Assembly: GCA_035466615.1 (NCBI GenBank)
Contig: DATIUT010000018.1
Coordinates: 1 to 58,051, forward strand
DNA: 58,051 bases
Direction: 5' to 3'
DNA from: Anaerolineales bacterium
GTDB taxonomy: Bacteria; Chloroflexota; Anaerolineae; Anaerolineales; Villigracilaceae
The notes under the pieces were generated by a model. It ran no database searches. It saw nothing but the letters and a program-made list of their open reading frames with translations, and was not told the origin of the DNA. This document shows positions 1 through 9,448 of the stretch, piece by piece (positions within the stretch are counted from its first letter, which is position 1; every line of letters starts with the position of its first letter). The position numbers and the translations under genes were made by a program.

Positions 1-127
1 GTATTCCACTGTGCAGAGTCTTGTAGTAGAGTACCAGCTTACTGCCTGGCGGTTGATCGTCAATGGCGGGGAGTATCAGGATTTTCCGCAGTTGCATTTT
101 CATTTGGTGTCGGATGTATATAAATAA
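1..127 (+). CDS. HIT-family nucleotide hydrolase, C-terminal part (truncated by window start; not in ORF track)
   Basis: Frame starting at base 2 reads YSTVQSLVVEYQLTAWRLIVNGGEYQDFPQLHFHLVSDVYK*, matching the HIT C-terminal R-x-x-x-N-x-G...Q-x-x-x-(H)xHxH pattern with the first His replaced by Q; TAA at 125-127. Confidence 0.75.
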   Translation, partial: YSTVQSLVVEYQLTAWRLIVNGGEYQDFPQLHFHLVSDVYK

Positions 128-524
128 AAGAAACCGGTTCAAGTTCAAATTTGGGCGGAGATTTTTTGGTACATCACTGACTTTGTTTCTTATATCTCTT
201 ACCCAAGAGTTTCTTGAGACAGCAGACTTGTTCGTTGCTGTTGCAGCATTTCTTGGAATGCTCTCTACAGCCGCCATTTATGTTGGGACAAAGGCATCTG
301 GTATTAAGAAATTTCTCTGGTCAGTTGGGTTCAATATATTAATAGGCGCGTTTGCATCCTTACTTTTAGCAGGTTCCTGTTATTTCAACACATTTACTAT
401 TTGCTCCACCAGAATTTTTCAGACTACCATCGCCGTCTATATTGTTCTTCCAATTTTGGGCTTGCTTCTTTACATGCTTACTATGTTTCTTGGGAGTTTC
501 TCCAAAAAGGAATATCATGCCTGA
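114..524 (+). CDS. AT-rich hypothetical membrane protein (about 4 TM)
   Basis: ATG 114 overlaps the HIT stop and the stop overlaps the guaA start; four hydrophobic stretches; visibly lower GC than its neighbours. Confidence 0.55.
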   Translation: MYINKRNRFKFKFGRRFFGTSLTLFLISLTQEFLETADLFVAVAAFLGMLSTAAIYVGTKASGIKKFLWSVGFNILIGAFASLLLAGSCYFNTFTICSTRIFQTTIAVYIVLPILGLLLYMLTMFLGSFSKKEYHA

Positions 525-2100
525 TTCAATCGCCATTCTCGATTTCGGTTCGCAGTATGCACAGATCATTGCGCGGCGTGTGCGTGAAGCACAGGTGTAT
601 TGTGAGTTGTTCCCGTGGGACGCGCCCATGGAAAAGATCCTCGCCATACACCCCAAGGGATTCATCCTCTCCGGCGGACCCAGGTCCGTGTATGAGGAGG
701 GCGCTCCTTACATTCAGAAATTTATTTTTGATACCGGTCTCCCAATCCTTGGCATCTGTTATGGCATGCAAGCGTTGACCCACGCCCTTGGCGGGCAGGT
801 TGACCCCTCTGCCAAGCGTGAATATGGTCTCGCAGAGATCGAGCCGACAGTACCCGGCACAATGTTGGATGAAATCTCGAAGGTGTGGATGTCGCACGGC
901 GACCGCATCACGAAACTCCCTGAGGGCTTCATTGCACTGGCTCGCTCTGGCAACAGTCCGCTGGCGGCGATGGGCGATATGAAGCGCAGGTATTTCGGCG
1001 TGCAGTTCCACCCCGAGGTGCATCACACCCCGAACGGGCAAAGATTACTTCAACATTTCGTCGTGGATATTTGCGGCGTCAAACGCGAATGGACTCCCAA
1101 GTCCATCATTGATGACGCGGTGGAACGCATTCAGAAACAGGTTGGCGGGGAACGCGTCCTTGCGGCGGTTTCAGGCGGAGTCGATTCATCGGTCGCTTCG
1201 GCGCTTGTACATAAGGCGGTCGGTGATCAACTCGTGGCTGTGTTCGTGGATACCGGTCTGTTGCGGAAAAATGAAGGGGAACAGGTCGCTTCGGCATTTC
1301 GGGATAACCTGCACGCTGAACTCATCACCGTTGACGCCTCTGACGAATTCTTCTCGGCGTTGCATGAGGTGACCGAGCCGGAGCAAAAGCGAAAGGTCGT
1401 TGGCGAGAAATTCATCCGTATATTCGAGCAACAGGCAAAACAACTCGGCTTGCCGAAGTTTTTAGTGCAAGGGACGATCTATCCTGATGTGGTTGAGTCG
1501 TCTGCGCCGGATAGGAACAAAGCGGAAAAGATCAAAACGCATCACAACGTCGGCGGGTTGCCGGAGGATATGCAATTCGATCTGGTCGAGCCGTTGCGCT
1601 ATCTGTTCAAGGATGAGGTGAGGGCAGTGGGTGAAGCGCTTGGATTGCCGGAAGGGCTCGTTTGGCGACAGCCGTTCCCGGGGCCGGGGTTGACCGTGCG
1701 CTGTCTTGGGGAAGTGACGCGTGAGCGTGTATCCCGCTTGCGGGCGGCGGACGCGATCCTCGTGGAGGAATTATCCAAAGCAGGTTTTTTGAATCGAAGG
1801 TTTTCAAGAGACACACCGGTCACGGGACCATTGAAAGTGAAACTGCCTTTCGTCGCGCAGGCGTTCGTTGTGTTACTGCCGGTGCGCTCGGTGGGCGTAA
1901 TGGGCGACCAGCGGACGTATCAGGAGGCGGCGGCGATCCGCGCGGTGACGACCGAGGATTTCATGACCGCCGATTGGGCGCGCCTGCCGGACGACCTTCT
2001 TGCCCGGGTGGCCAACCGCATCGTCAATGAAGTGGACGGCATCAATCGCGTGGTGTATGATATTACGAGCAAACCGCCCGCGACGATCGAATGGGAATAA
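517..2100 (+). CDS. guaA: GMP synthase (glutamine-hydrolyzing)
   Basis: ILDFGSQY, GICYGMQ, QFHPEV, SGGVDS, IKTHHNVGGLP and C-terminal KPPATIEWE; start moved to ATG 517 (AAGGA upstream). Confidence 0.98.
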   Translation: MPDSIAILDFGSQYAQIIARRVREAQVYCELFPWDAPMEKILAIHPKGFILSGGPRSVYEEGAPYIQKFIFDTGLPILGICYGMQALTHALGGQVDPSAKREYGLAEIEPTVPGTMLDEISKVWMSHGDRITKLPEGFIALARSGNSPLAAMGDMKRRYFGVQFHPEVHHTPNGQRLLQHFVVDICGVKREWTPKSIIDDAVERIQKQVGGERVLAAVSGGVDSSVASALVHKAVGDQLVAVFVDTGLLRKNEGEQVASAFRDNLHAELITVDASDEFFSALHEVTEPEQKRKVVGEKFIRIFEQQAKQLGLPKFLVQGTIYPDVVESSAPDRNKAEKIKTHHNVGGLPEDMQFDLVEPLRYLFKDEVRAVGEALGLPEGLVWRQPFPGPGLTVRCLGEVTRERVSRLRAADAILVEELSKAGFLNRRFSRDTPVTGPLKVKLPFVAQAFVVLLPVRSVGVMGDQRTYQEAAAIRAVTTEDFMTADWARLPDDLLARVANRIVNEVDGINRVVYDITSKPPATIEWE

Positions 2101-2102
2101 CC

Positions 2103-3014
2103 ATGAACTTTGACTTTGGCGAAATTTTGACCCGTGCCGGTCAGATCACCTGGAAGCATAAGATCCTGTGGTTGTTCAGCGCATTGCCTGTGCTGTTGAG
2201 CTTCCTGATCCTCCCGCTCGTGTTCCTGCCGATCTTCTTGTCGGATTTCGACCCATATGGTGAACCCTTCTTCGTGGACCAGCCGGCTTACATCCTTCTC
2301 TTTATCGGCTTCAGTTTCTTTATCAGCATTCTGAGTTTTGTCTTGTATGCCATATCATCGTCTTCGGTGACGGTTGGTGTGGTACAGGTGGAGGGTGGAA
2401 TCGAAAAATTGGAAACGGCGAAATTGTTCGATGATGGAAAGAAATACTGGATGCGCATTCTGGGCGTGATGCTGTTGATCGGTCTTGCCATTTCCCTCGT
2501 ATTTCTGGTAATCTTCGGTTGCATGTCACTGATTGGTGCAGTGACGATGGGGCTTGGTTTCATATGTATGCAGCCATTATTCCTTTTGATGTATCCGGTC
2601 ATGATAGTCTTGTATGGTTTCATCGAAGAATCACAAGCCGCGGTTGTCGTGGACGACCTGGGAGTGACCGACGCGATCCGTCGCGGCTGGGAACTGGTAA
2701 AAGCAAACTTCTGGCGCATCCTGTTGATCTCCTTCATCGTCTATTTGGGTGTGGGCATTCTCAGCTCCATTGTCGTGGCCCCATTCATGATTCCCTTTTT
2801 CTTCATGCCCTTTTTCATGGATGTCACGCAACCCCAGACCGACATGCGCGCAATGATGCTGGTGACAGGCGGGATCAGCCTTCTCCTTGTGCCGGTCATG
2901 GCTTTGGTGCAGGGCGTTTCGATCACGTTTTTGAAAACGACTTATACTCTCGTTTACCTGCGTCTGACCCGTTCAGCAGAGTCCCAATCTTTAATACGGA
3001 ATGCAATTGCATAA
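2103..3014 (+). CDS. Integral membrane protein (GDPD-membrane-domain-like), paralog 1
   Basis: Starts MNFDFGEILTRAGQITWKHKILW; 6-7 TM; DAIRRGWELVKANFW motif; clearly similar to the next gene. Confidence 0.75.
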   Translation: MNFDFGEILTRAGQITWKHKILWLFSALPVLLSFLILPLVFLPIFLSDFDPYGEPFFVDQPAYILLFIGFSFFISILSFVLYAISSSSVTVGVVQVEGGIEKLETAKLFDDGKKYWMRILGVMLLIGLAISLVFLVIFGCMSLIGAVTMGLGFICMQPLFLLMYPVMIVLYGFIEESQAAVVVDDLGVTDAIRRGWELVKANFWRILLISFIVYLGVGILSSIVVAPFMIPFFFMPFFMDVTQPQTDMRAMMLVTGGISLLLVPVMALVQGVSITFLKTTYTLVYLRLTRSAESQSLIRNAIA

Positions 3015-3026
3015 AAGGAGAATACG

Positions 3027-4028
3027 ATGAATTTCAACTTTGGCGAAGTGCTCACACGCGCCTGGCAGATCATCTGGAAGCATAAGGTCTTGTGGATATT
3101 CGGCATCCTTGCCAGTTGCGGGCGGGGAGGCGGAGGCAACGGGGGAGGGGGTGGTGGAAACGGTGGCAATGGCAGTGGTTTCAGCCAGACCGACCTGCCG
3201 CCGCAGGTCATGCAATGGATAAATGCCATTGAAGAAAACCTGACCACGGTCATCGCAATTGGTATTGCGGTCATCTGCATTATCTGGATCCTGGCAATTT
3301 TCCTGAGCACCATCGGGCGCATTGGTTTGATCCGCGGCACTGCGCAGGCAGACGGCGGGGCGGAGGGCATCGTCTTTGGCCAGTTGTTCAGTGAAAGCAT
3401 GCCATATTTCTGGCGGATGTTTGCCCTGAATTTGATCGTTACGATCCCCTTTCTCATTGTGTTCGGCGCCCTCCTGGCAGGGGTTATTGTCTTTGCAGTC
3501 TCAGCGAGCGGAGGAAGTGACGCGGGTGTACTTGGGATTGCCGCCATGGTGCCCATTTTCATCGGATGTATGTGTCTGCTTGTCCCGATCATGTTCGTGG
3601 TTGGAATGATCATCCGCCAGGCACAGAATGCGATTGCCCTCGAAGATCTGGCCGTCATGTCATCCCTCAGCCGCGGCTGGGAGGTCTTCCGCGCCAACCT
3701 TGGTTCTATCATTGTCATGGCGATCATACTTGCCATCATTGGATTCGTCGCGGGGCTGGTCATCGCCATCCCGGTCTTCCTGGTTGTATTCCCCACCATT
3801 TTTGCCTTTGCACTTGGCCAGGGACAAAGCTACACCCCTCTCATCTTCCTGGGTGTCTGCATGTGCATTTATATTCCGGCCGCGATGATATTGCAGGGTA
3901 TCCTGGTTGCATACACTGAAGCCGCGTGGACTTTAACCTACATGCGCCTGACTCGCAAACCGGATATCAGACCCGAAACTCAATCGGACGATAGCGACAA
4001 AACCATGATTGCCGGAGCGAATGCGTAG
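3027..4028 (+). CDS. Integral membrane protein, paralog 2, with a Gly-rich loop
   Basis: Starts MNFNFGEVLTRAWQIIWKHKVLW; AAGGAG RBS; SLSRGWEVFRANLG; ends TLTYMRLT like paralog 1 (TLVYLRLT). Confidence 0.78.
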   Translation: MNFNFGEVLTRAWQIIWKHKVLWIFGILASCGRGGGGNGGGGGGNGGNGSGFSQTDLPPQVMQWINAIEENLTTVIAIGIAVICIIWILAIFLSTIGRIGLIRGTAQADGGAEGIVFGQLFSESMPYFWRMFALNLIVTIPFLIVFGALLAGVIVFAVSASGGSDAGVLGIAAMVPIFIGCMCLLVPIMFVVGMIIRQAQNAIALEDLAVMSSLSRGWEVFRANLGSIIVMAIILAIIGFVAGLVIAIPVFLVVFPTIFAFALGQGQSYTPLIFLGVCMCIYIPAAMILQGILVAYTEAAWTLTYMRLTRKPDIRPETQSDDSDKTMIAGANA

Positions 4029-5919
4029 ACTCTTCCGCCTCCTTTTGACCGTCAGCCTGCTCGCTGGAACCCGGACCTTCGCGTACGCCCAGACCGCCGC
4101 CTACGCGGAGATTGTGCACATTGACGCCGGGAATTTTCCGAAGGTCTCCGCGCTCGTGGATGTGTACGATGCGAATGGCGAGTTCATCGCCGGTCTCGAA
4201 CCATCTGACATCATCATCTATGAAGACGCGCAGGAAAACAAAGCGGACTCGATCAGCGAGTTTAATGTCCCAATACAGGTGGTGGTTGCCATCAATCCAG
4301 GGCCTGCCATGGCGGTACGCGATTCCAATGCCATCACACGCTTCGAGCGGGTCGTGGGTACACTCCGCCAATGGGCGGACGCACAGCCCAAAGATTCACG
4401 CGACGACCTGAGCCTGGTCTCGTTGTCAGGATCGCTCATCAACCACGCGAAGGTCAATGACTGGTTCGTCAGCCTGAACTCCTTCAAGCCGGATTTCCGA
4501 AACTCGGTTTCCAACCTGCAAACCCTTGCCATCGCGCTGGATACGGCCAACACGCCGACGCCGGAACCCGGCATGAAGCGCGCGGTGTTGTTCATCACAC
4601 CGCACATGGATGACCCCAACATCGATAACCTCGTTGCTCCGCTCATCCAGCGTGCAATTGATTCGAAGGTGCGCGTCTTCGTCTGGTTCATCGACGCGGA
4701 GGAGTTCAACGTCTCTGCCAGCGCGAACGCATTCAAACTGCTTGCCCGGCAGACGGATGGTGCCTTCTTCTCCTTCTCCCAGGACGAAACCTTCCCGGAC
4801 CCGAATCTGTATTTCGCCCCCTTGCGGCATATCTATGAAGTGACATATTCCTCTTCATTGACGACTGCCGGCGACCACACACTCGGTTTTTACATCACGG
4901 CTCAGGATACGACGATCCCTGCGCTGGACAAGACCTTCAGTGTGGACATCCAGCCACCGAACCCCATCTTCGTCTCGCCGCCCCTGCAGATCACGCGCCA
5001 GCCACCGGCGGATGACCCCTATAATGCGGAAGTATTGGAACCTTCGCAACAGATCATCGAGATCATCGTCGAATTCCCGGATGGACACAAACGCCAACTC
5101 AAGCGCACTACATTATACGTAGACGGGCAGGTCGTTGCAGAGAATACAGAAGAACCCTTTGAGAGTTTCCTGTGGGATTACGGCGCATTCGATGAAAACG
5201 GACAGCATGAGATCATTGTCGAGGCGGAGGATGTGCTTGGTTTGAAAAAATCGAGCATCGGAATTCCTGTCACGTTCACGGTCATCCATCCGCTCAGCGG
5301 CGTGAAGGCGCTTCTGGCGCGGTATAGTTCCCAATTTGTTCTGGGCGCGATCGTCTTCGCAGGGCTTGCCCTGCTGGTCATTTTGCTGAGGAGCCGGGTT
5401 AAGAACGTTCCGGAGTCCCGTCGTAAAAAGGATCGAAAAGCCAGGGAGGATCCGCTTACCCAGCCTGTCGTGGCATTGACGGAGCCGCCGGTTTCGGCTA
5501 CAAAGAAGGTCAAATCACAGCCGCGTTTCGGCTGGATGGGTTCAAGACAAAGCCATCTGCCATCCGCGCCTGCCTATCTCATCCGCCTGACGAACGGAGG
5601 TGAGCCAGCCAGCGCCACACCCATCCCTGTGATGGAAAAGGATATGACATTCGGCACCGATCCGGTACAATCCATGCACGTGCTCGATGATCCGTCCATT
5701 TCACCGTTGCATGCACGCATTAAACAGACCAGCGAAGGAATTTTTGTGATTATCGATCAAGGTTCGGTGGCAGGCACATGGGTGAATTATGAACCGGTCA
5801 CGCGCGAGGGCATCCGTTTGAGGCATGGAGACAGGATTCACTTCGGGCAAATGCAATATCGCTTTGATCTGAGCCAGCCTCCGGCGGTGTCTGAACCGAA
5901 GGTCGTCTCCGGTAGATAA
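4021..5919 (+). CDS. Single-pass membrane protein: signal peptide, vWA-like and Ig-like ectodomain, TM, cytoplasmic FHA domain
   Basis: Signal peptide ending AYA-Q; vWA-like strands (IQVVVAINP, KRAVLFIT, VRVFVW, LARQTDG); Ig-like LYVDGQ..GQHEIIVEAED; TM FVLGAIVFAGLALLVILL; FHA motifs ISPLHARI, GSVAGTWVN, LRHGDRIHFG. Confidence 0.8.
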   Translation: MRRLFRLLLTVSLLAGTRTFAYAQTAAYAEIVHIDAGNFPKVSALVDVYDANGEFIAGLEPSDIIIYEDAQENKADSISEFNVPIQVVVAINPGPAMAVRDSNAITRFERVVGTLRQWADAQPKDSRDDLSLVSLSGSLINHAKVNDWFVSLNSFKPDFRNSVSNLQTLAIALDTANTPTPEPGMKRAVLFITPHMDDPNIDNLVAPLIQRAIDSKVRVFVWFIDAEEFNVSASANAFKLLARQTDGAFFSFSQDETFPDPNLYFAPLRHIYEVTYSSSLTTAGDHTLGFYITAQDTTIPALDKTFSVDIQPPNPIFVSPPLQITRQPPADDPYNAEVLEPSQQIIEIIVEFPDGHKRQLKRTTLYVDGQVVAENTEEPFESFLWDYGAFDENGQHEIIVEAEDVLGLKKSSIGIPVTFTVIHPLSGVKALLARYSSQFVLGAIVFAGLALLVILLRSRVKNVPESRRKKDRKAREDPLTQPVVALTEPPVSATKKVKSQPRFGWMGSRQSHLPSAPAYLIRLTNGGEPASATPIPVMEKDMTFGTDPVQSMHVLDDPSISPLHARIKQTSEGIFVIIDQGSVAGTWVNYEPVTREGIRLRHGDRIHFGQMQYRFDLSQPPAVSEPKVVSGR

Positions 5920-5927
5920 TCCTGTAT

Positions 5928-7049
5928 ATGATCCGCATATCACGCGCTCACCTGAATGTCGAGGCACATACCCATCAGGGCATGGCGGGCAAGAACAACG
6001 AGGACCGTTATGCCGTTGCCTCGTTTCACGTCAGCGAGAATGACCACACCCCGGTGTTGTTCGCAGTGCTTGCCGATGGCATCGGCGGGCATCGCGGCGG
6101 TGAGGTGGCGGCGGAACTGGCTGTCAACCACATCATGCAGACCGTGGCGAGGGGAGATGGCAAGTTCTCTCGACACATTGTCGAACAGGCAGTTAATGAG
6201 GCCAGCAATGCCATTGCGGCTCATTCCGCAACCAACGAGAACCTCAAAGGCATGGGCGCGACCTGCGCCATAGCATGGATCATTGACAACAAACTCCACA
6301 CTGCGTATGTGGGTGATTCGCGCATTTACCTGATGCGCGGCGGTCGCATCCAGCAGATCACTGTGGATCATTCATGGGTGCAGGAGGCAATCGAAAGGGG
6401 CATCCTCACGCCCGAACTGGCGCGCGACCATCCGAATGTGCATGTCATAAGGCGTTATCTCGGTTCACTTGTTCCACCTGAACCTGATTTCCGTCTGAAT
6501 CTATTCGACGGCGAAGGCGCGCATCATGCGGAGAACAACCAGGGCACTGAACTCCAGCCCAGTGATATCCTGCTTTTATGTACCGACGGTTTGACCGACC
6601 TGGTTTGGAATGATGAGATTCTCGAAATCGTCCGCACGAGGCCGACGTTAAAAGAGGCAACCCGCTCCCTGGTGAACCTTGCCAACGAACGCGGTGGACA
6701 CGACAACATCACGGTCGTTTTGATTGGGGCTCCGGCGGATTTCAAATCACATGCGGCATCCAGAACGAAAAAGGATTTGGACTGGCCTCTCTGGGTGACC
6801 GGCGCGGCCATTGGCTTGTTCTTCATTTTGGCTGTCGCTTCCATCTTGACCTTCAACCTGCTCCGCCGTGGTGGAACTGTAACCGTCACCCCTGCCGTTT
6901 CCATTCCACAACCTGTTCTAATCACCGAAGCCCCGCTGACCCAATCCACCCCGACCCTTGCCCCCACAGAGACCGCATCACCGGATGTGGTTTTACCCAA
7001 GCCAACGGCCACACTCACACCCTGGCCGACAAATACAATTAGCCCATGA
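5928..7049 (+). CDS. PP2C/PPM-family Ser/Thr phosphatase with C-terminal TM and Pro/Thr-rich tail
   Basis: NNEDRY, LADGIGGHRGGEVA, VGDSRIY, LCTDGL, GGHDNITV; TM near residue 290; TPT-rich end. Confidence 0.93.
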   Translation: MIRISRAHLNVEAHTHQGMAGKNNEDRYAVASFHVSENDHTPVLFAVLADGIGGHRGGEVAAELAVNHIMQTVARGDGKFSRHIVEQAVNEASNAIAAHSATNENLKGMGATCAIAWIIDNKLHTAYVGDSRIYLMRGGRIQQITVDHSWVQEAIERGILTPELARDHPNVHVIRRYLGSLVPPEPDFRLNLFDGEGAHHAENNQGTELQPSDILLLCTDGLTDLVWNDEILEIVRTRPTLKEATRSLVNLANERGGHDNITVVLIGAPADFKSHAASRTKKDLDWPLWVTGAAIGLFFILAVASILTFNLLRRGGTVTVTPAVSIPQPVLITEAPLTQSTPTLAPTETASPDVVLPKPTATLTPWPTNTISP

Positions 7050-7050
7050 T

Positions 7051-7131
7051 GTCTTTGCGAGGAGCACGAAGAGCGACAGAACAATTCCCGCCATTGCAGG
7101 AGATTGCTTCTGGCTTCGCCCTCGCAACGAC
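7051..7131. repeat. Palindromic REP/RPE-like element, family A, copy 1
   Basis: GTCTTTGCGAGG...CAATTCCC...GGAGATTGCTTC...CCTCGCAACGAC; same termini and inner stem as 28679-28765 and 31058-31164. Confidence 0.8.
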
Positions 7132-7143
7132 GGAGGAGATACC

Positions 7144-7509
7144 ATGCCAGTCAAACATTCCCACGATGTGGAAGCCAAAAACGTAGCCGCGGGCAGGGAC
7201 ACAACCATTCAGGTCCTCATCTCCGCGCAGGAAGGTCCCAACTTTGCCTTGCGCAAGTTCTCCATGCAAAAGGGAGGTGGGATGCCGCGCCACACGAACA
7301 CGCTCGAACACGAGCAATACGTCCTGCGCGGCGAAGCGACCATCACCATCGGTGATGAGACGCATCACGTCAAAGCGGGGGATGTGGTCTTTATTCCTGA
7401 AGGTGTGGTCCATTCGTATAAAAACACAGGCGAAGGACCGTTCGAGTTCCTTTGCATCATCCCCAACAAGGAAGACAGGATCACAATTGACGATGAAAGC
7501 AACTGTTAA
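7144..7509 (+). CDS. Cupin-domain protein
   Basis: GGAGG RBS; PRHTNTLEHEQYVLRGEA and GDVVFIPEGVVHSY cupin motifs; upstream ORF extension runs through the repeat and is spurious. Confidence 0.9.
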   Translation: MPVKHSHDVEAKNVAAGRDTTIQVLISAQEGPNFALRKFSMQKGGGMPRHTNTLEHEQYVLRGEATITIGDETHHVKAGDVVFIPEGVVHSYKNTGEGPFEFLCIIPNKEDRITIDDESNC

Positions 7510-7569
7510 ATCGCAGGTGCAGTCCAATCGAAGGTGTCCTGCTTCGTTCATCTGTGGTAAAAATAATCC

Positions 7570-8967
7570 ATGATCCGCCTTTACAACACTCTCACACGCA
7601 AAAAGGAAGAATTCCAGACACTCGAGCCGAACCTCGTCAAGATGTACGTCTGCGGTGTCACGGTCTATAACGACGCGCATGTCGGTCACGCCATGTCCGC
7701 GCTCGTGTTCGACATCATCCGTCGTTATCTCGAATATCGCGGTTATACGGTCAAGCAGGTCATGAACTACACCGACGTGGACGACAAGATCATCAACCGC
7801 GCCAGGCAACTCAACGAAGACCCACTCAAACTGTCACAGCGTTACGTGGAAGATTATGCGGACGATCTCAAGAACCTGAACGTCCTGCCTGCCACATCCT
7901 ATCCGCAGGTCAGCAAGACGATGCCGCTCATCATCGAGTTCATCCAGGGTTTGATCCGCAAGGAAGCCGCCTATGCCGCGCCGAACGGTGATGTCTATTT
8001 CAGTGTCACCGGCGATGATGATTACGGCAAACTCTCCGGCCGCAAACTTGACGATATGCAGGCGGGCGCGCGCATCGAAGTGGAAGAAGCAAAGGACCAC
8101 CCAATGGACTTCGCCCTCTGGAAAGCCGCAAAGCCCGGTGAAATCTCATGGGACAGCCCGTGGGGCAAGGGCCGCCCCGGCTGGCACATCGAATGCTCCG
8201 CCATGAATCTCGCTGAACTCGGCGAACAGATTGACATCCACGGCGGCGGCAACGACCTCATCTTCCCCCATCACGAGAATGAGATCGCGCAAACCGAATC
8301 CTACACAGGCAAACCCTTCGCACGCTACTGGGTTCATAACGGCATGTTACAACTTGGCAACGAGAAGATGTCCAAGTCGCTGGGTAACATCGTCAGCATC
8401 AAAGACTTTCTCGCAAAGCGCGATGCCGATGTGATGCGGATGCTGGTATTGATGGGATCGTATCGCGCGCCGCTGATCTTCAACGATGAGACTCAGGACG
8501 CTGCGGAAAAATCCCTGGAACGCCTCAAAACCGCCCTTCGGCCTGCTTCCCCCTCCGCGAGCGGCCTCTCTGCCAAGGGTATCTCTGCCGTCGCCTCCCA
8601 GGTGGACTCCACCAAACAATCCTTCACCGATGCCATGGACGACGACTTCAACACTCCGCTCGCCCTTGCCGCGTTATACGAACTCGTCAAAGCTATTAAC
8701 ACCGCCCGCGATAACAGCGCAAATGATGAACAGTTGAAAACTGCGCAAGCCACCTTGCGTGAACTCACGAATGTATTTGGCTTGCGTTTGCAGGAAAAAC
8801 AAGGCTCCAGCGACGCCGAAGCGCAGGTCAACACCCTCATTGCCGAACGTAACGAAGCCCGCAAGCAAAAACAATGGGCGCGTTCGGACCAAATCCGTGA
8901 CCAGCTAAAAGAGATGGGCGTGACCATCGAAGACAGCAAAGATGGCACGAAGTGGAGATGGTCGTGA
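7570..8967 (+). CDS. cysS: Cysteine--tRNA ligase
   Basis: YVCGVTVY, HVGH (HIGH), PGWHIECSAM, DIHGGGNDLIFPHHENE, KMSKS. Confidence 0.98.
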   Translation: MIRLYNTLTRKKEEFQTLEPNLVKMYVCGVTVYNDAHVGHAMSALVFDIIRRYLEYRGYTVKQVMNYTDVDDKIINRARQLNEDPLKLSQRYVEDYADDLKNLNVLPATSYPQVSKTMPLIIEFIQGLIRKEAAYAAPNGDVYFSVTGDDDYGKLSGRKLDDMQAGARIEVEEAKDHPMDFALWKAAKPGEISWDSPWGKGRPGWHIECSAMNLAELGEQIDIHGGGNDLIFPHHENEIAQTESYTGKPFARYWVHNGMLQLGNEKMSKSLGNIVSIKDFLAKRDADVMRMLVLMGSYRAPLIFNDETQDAAEKSLERLKTALRPASPSASGLSAKGISAVASQVDSTKQSFTDAMDDDFNTPLALAALYELVKAINTARDNSANDEQLKTAQATLRELTNVFGLRLQEKQGSSDAEAQVNTLIAERNEARKQKQWARSDQIRDQLKEMGVTIEDSKDGTKWRWS

Positions 8968-8992
8968 TTTGGTAATTCGTAAACGGTAATTG

Positions 8993-9025
8993 AAAAACTT
9001 CCGAGCCTTTGCCTCGGAAGTTTTT
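8993..9025 (+). terminator. Intrinsic terminator after cysS
   Basis: AAAAACTTCCGAG-CCTTTGC-CTCGGAAGTTTTT perfect stem with T tract. Confidence 0.85.
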
Positions 9026-9056
9026 ACTTTCTCCTAAAAGTAGACAGGTCTGACTA

Positions 9057-9448
9057 TCAGTAGATCACGAAAGCGCCAAAGAAGGGTGACGAAAAAAGAC
9101 ATCAGCCAGGTCGAATAATTTTTCAACGGCATGAGCAAGCATGCGCGCCAAACGGCGTAGCTTTAGCCGGATTTTTCAGGCAAATCGCAATCTGCTGGCG
9201 ATTGGCGATGTACAAGTTAAAGATCACGAATGCTAGGCCCACCAACAATAAACGGATGACAGAATTGCGCGAGGTAGTGCGCGTGCGAACTTGATTCATC
9301 TGACGATAACTGGCTTCGATCCCGAATCGTTGACGATACATCTCGAAGACCTGGTGCGGTTCAATGGACTTTGGCAGTCACCCGACACAACGTGCACCCT
9401 TGCGTTTGTACCGTCCTTTGGAGTATTTTTTTCACGACCACCGCAATG
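9057..9448 (-). mobile_element. ISH3-like (IS4 superfamily) transposase 3' remnant, frameshifted
   Basis: YRQRFGIEASYRQMNQVRTRTTSRNSVIRLLLVGLAF (Y-2-R-3-E-type signature); upstream frameshifted pieces KYSKGRYKRKG and LPKSIEPHQVFEM. Confidence 0.7.

Noticed and set aside
3120-3180. G-rich run as a G-quadruplex or DNA repeat
   Set aside because: Explained by the Gly-rich loop with mixed Gly codons.
6958-7143. N-terminal ORF extensions through palindromes (6958, 28733, 31071)
   Set aside because: They translate repeat family A; better starts with an RBS or -10 box lie downstream.
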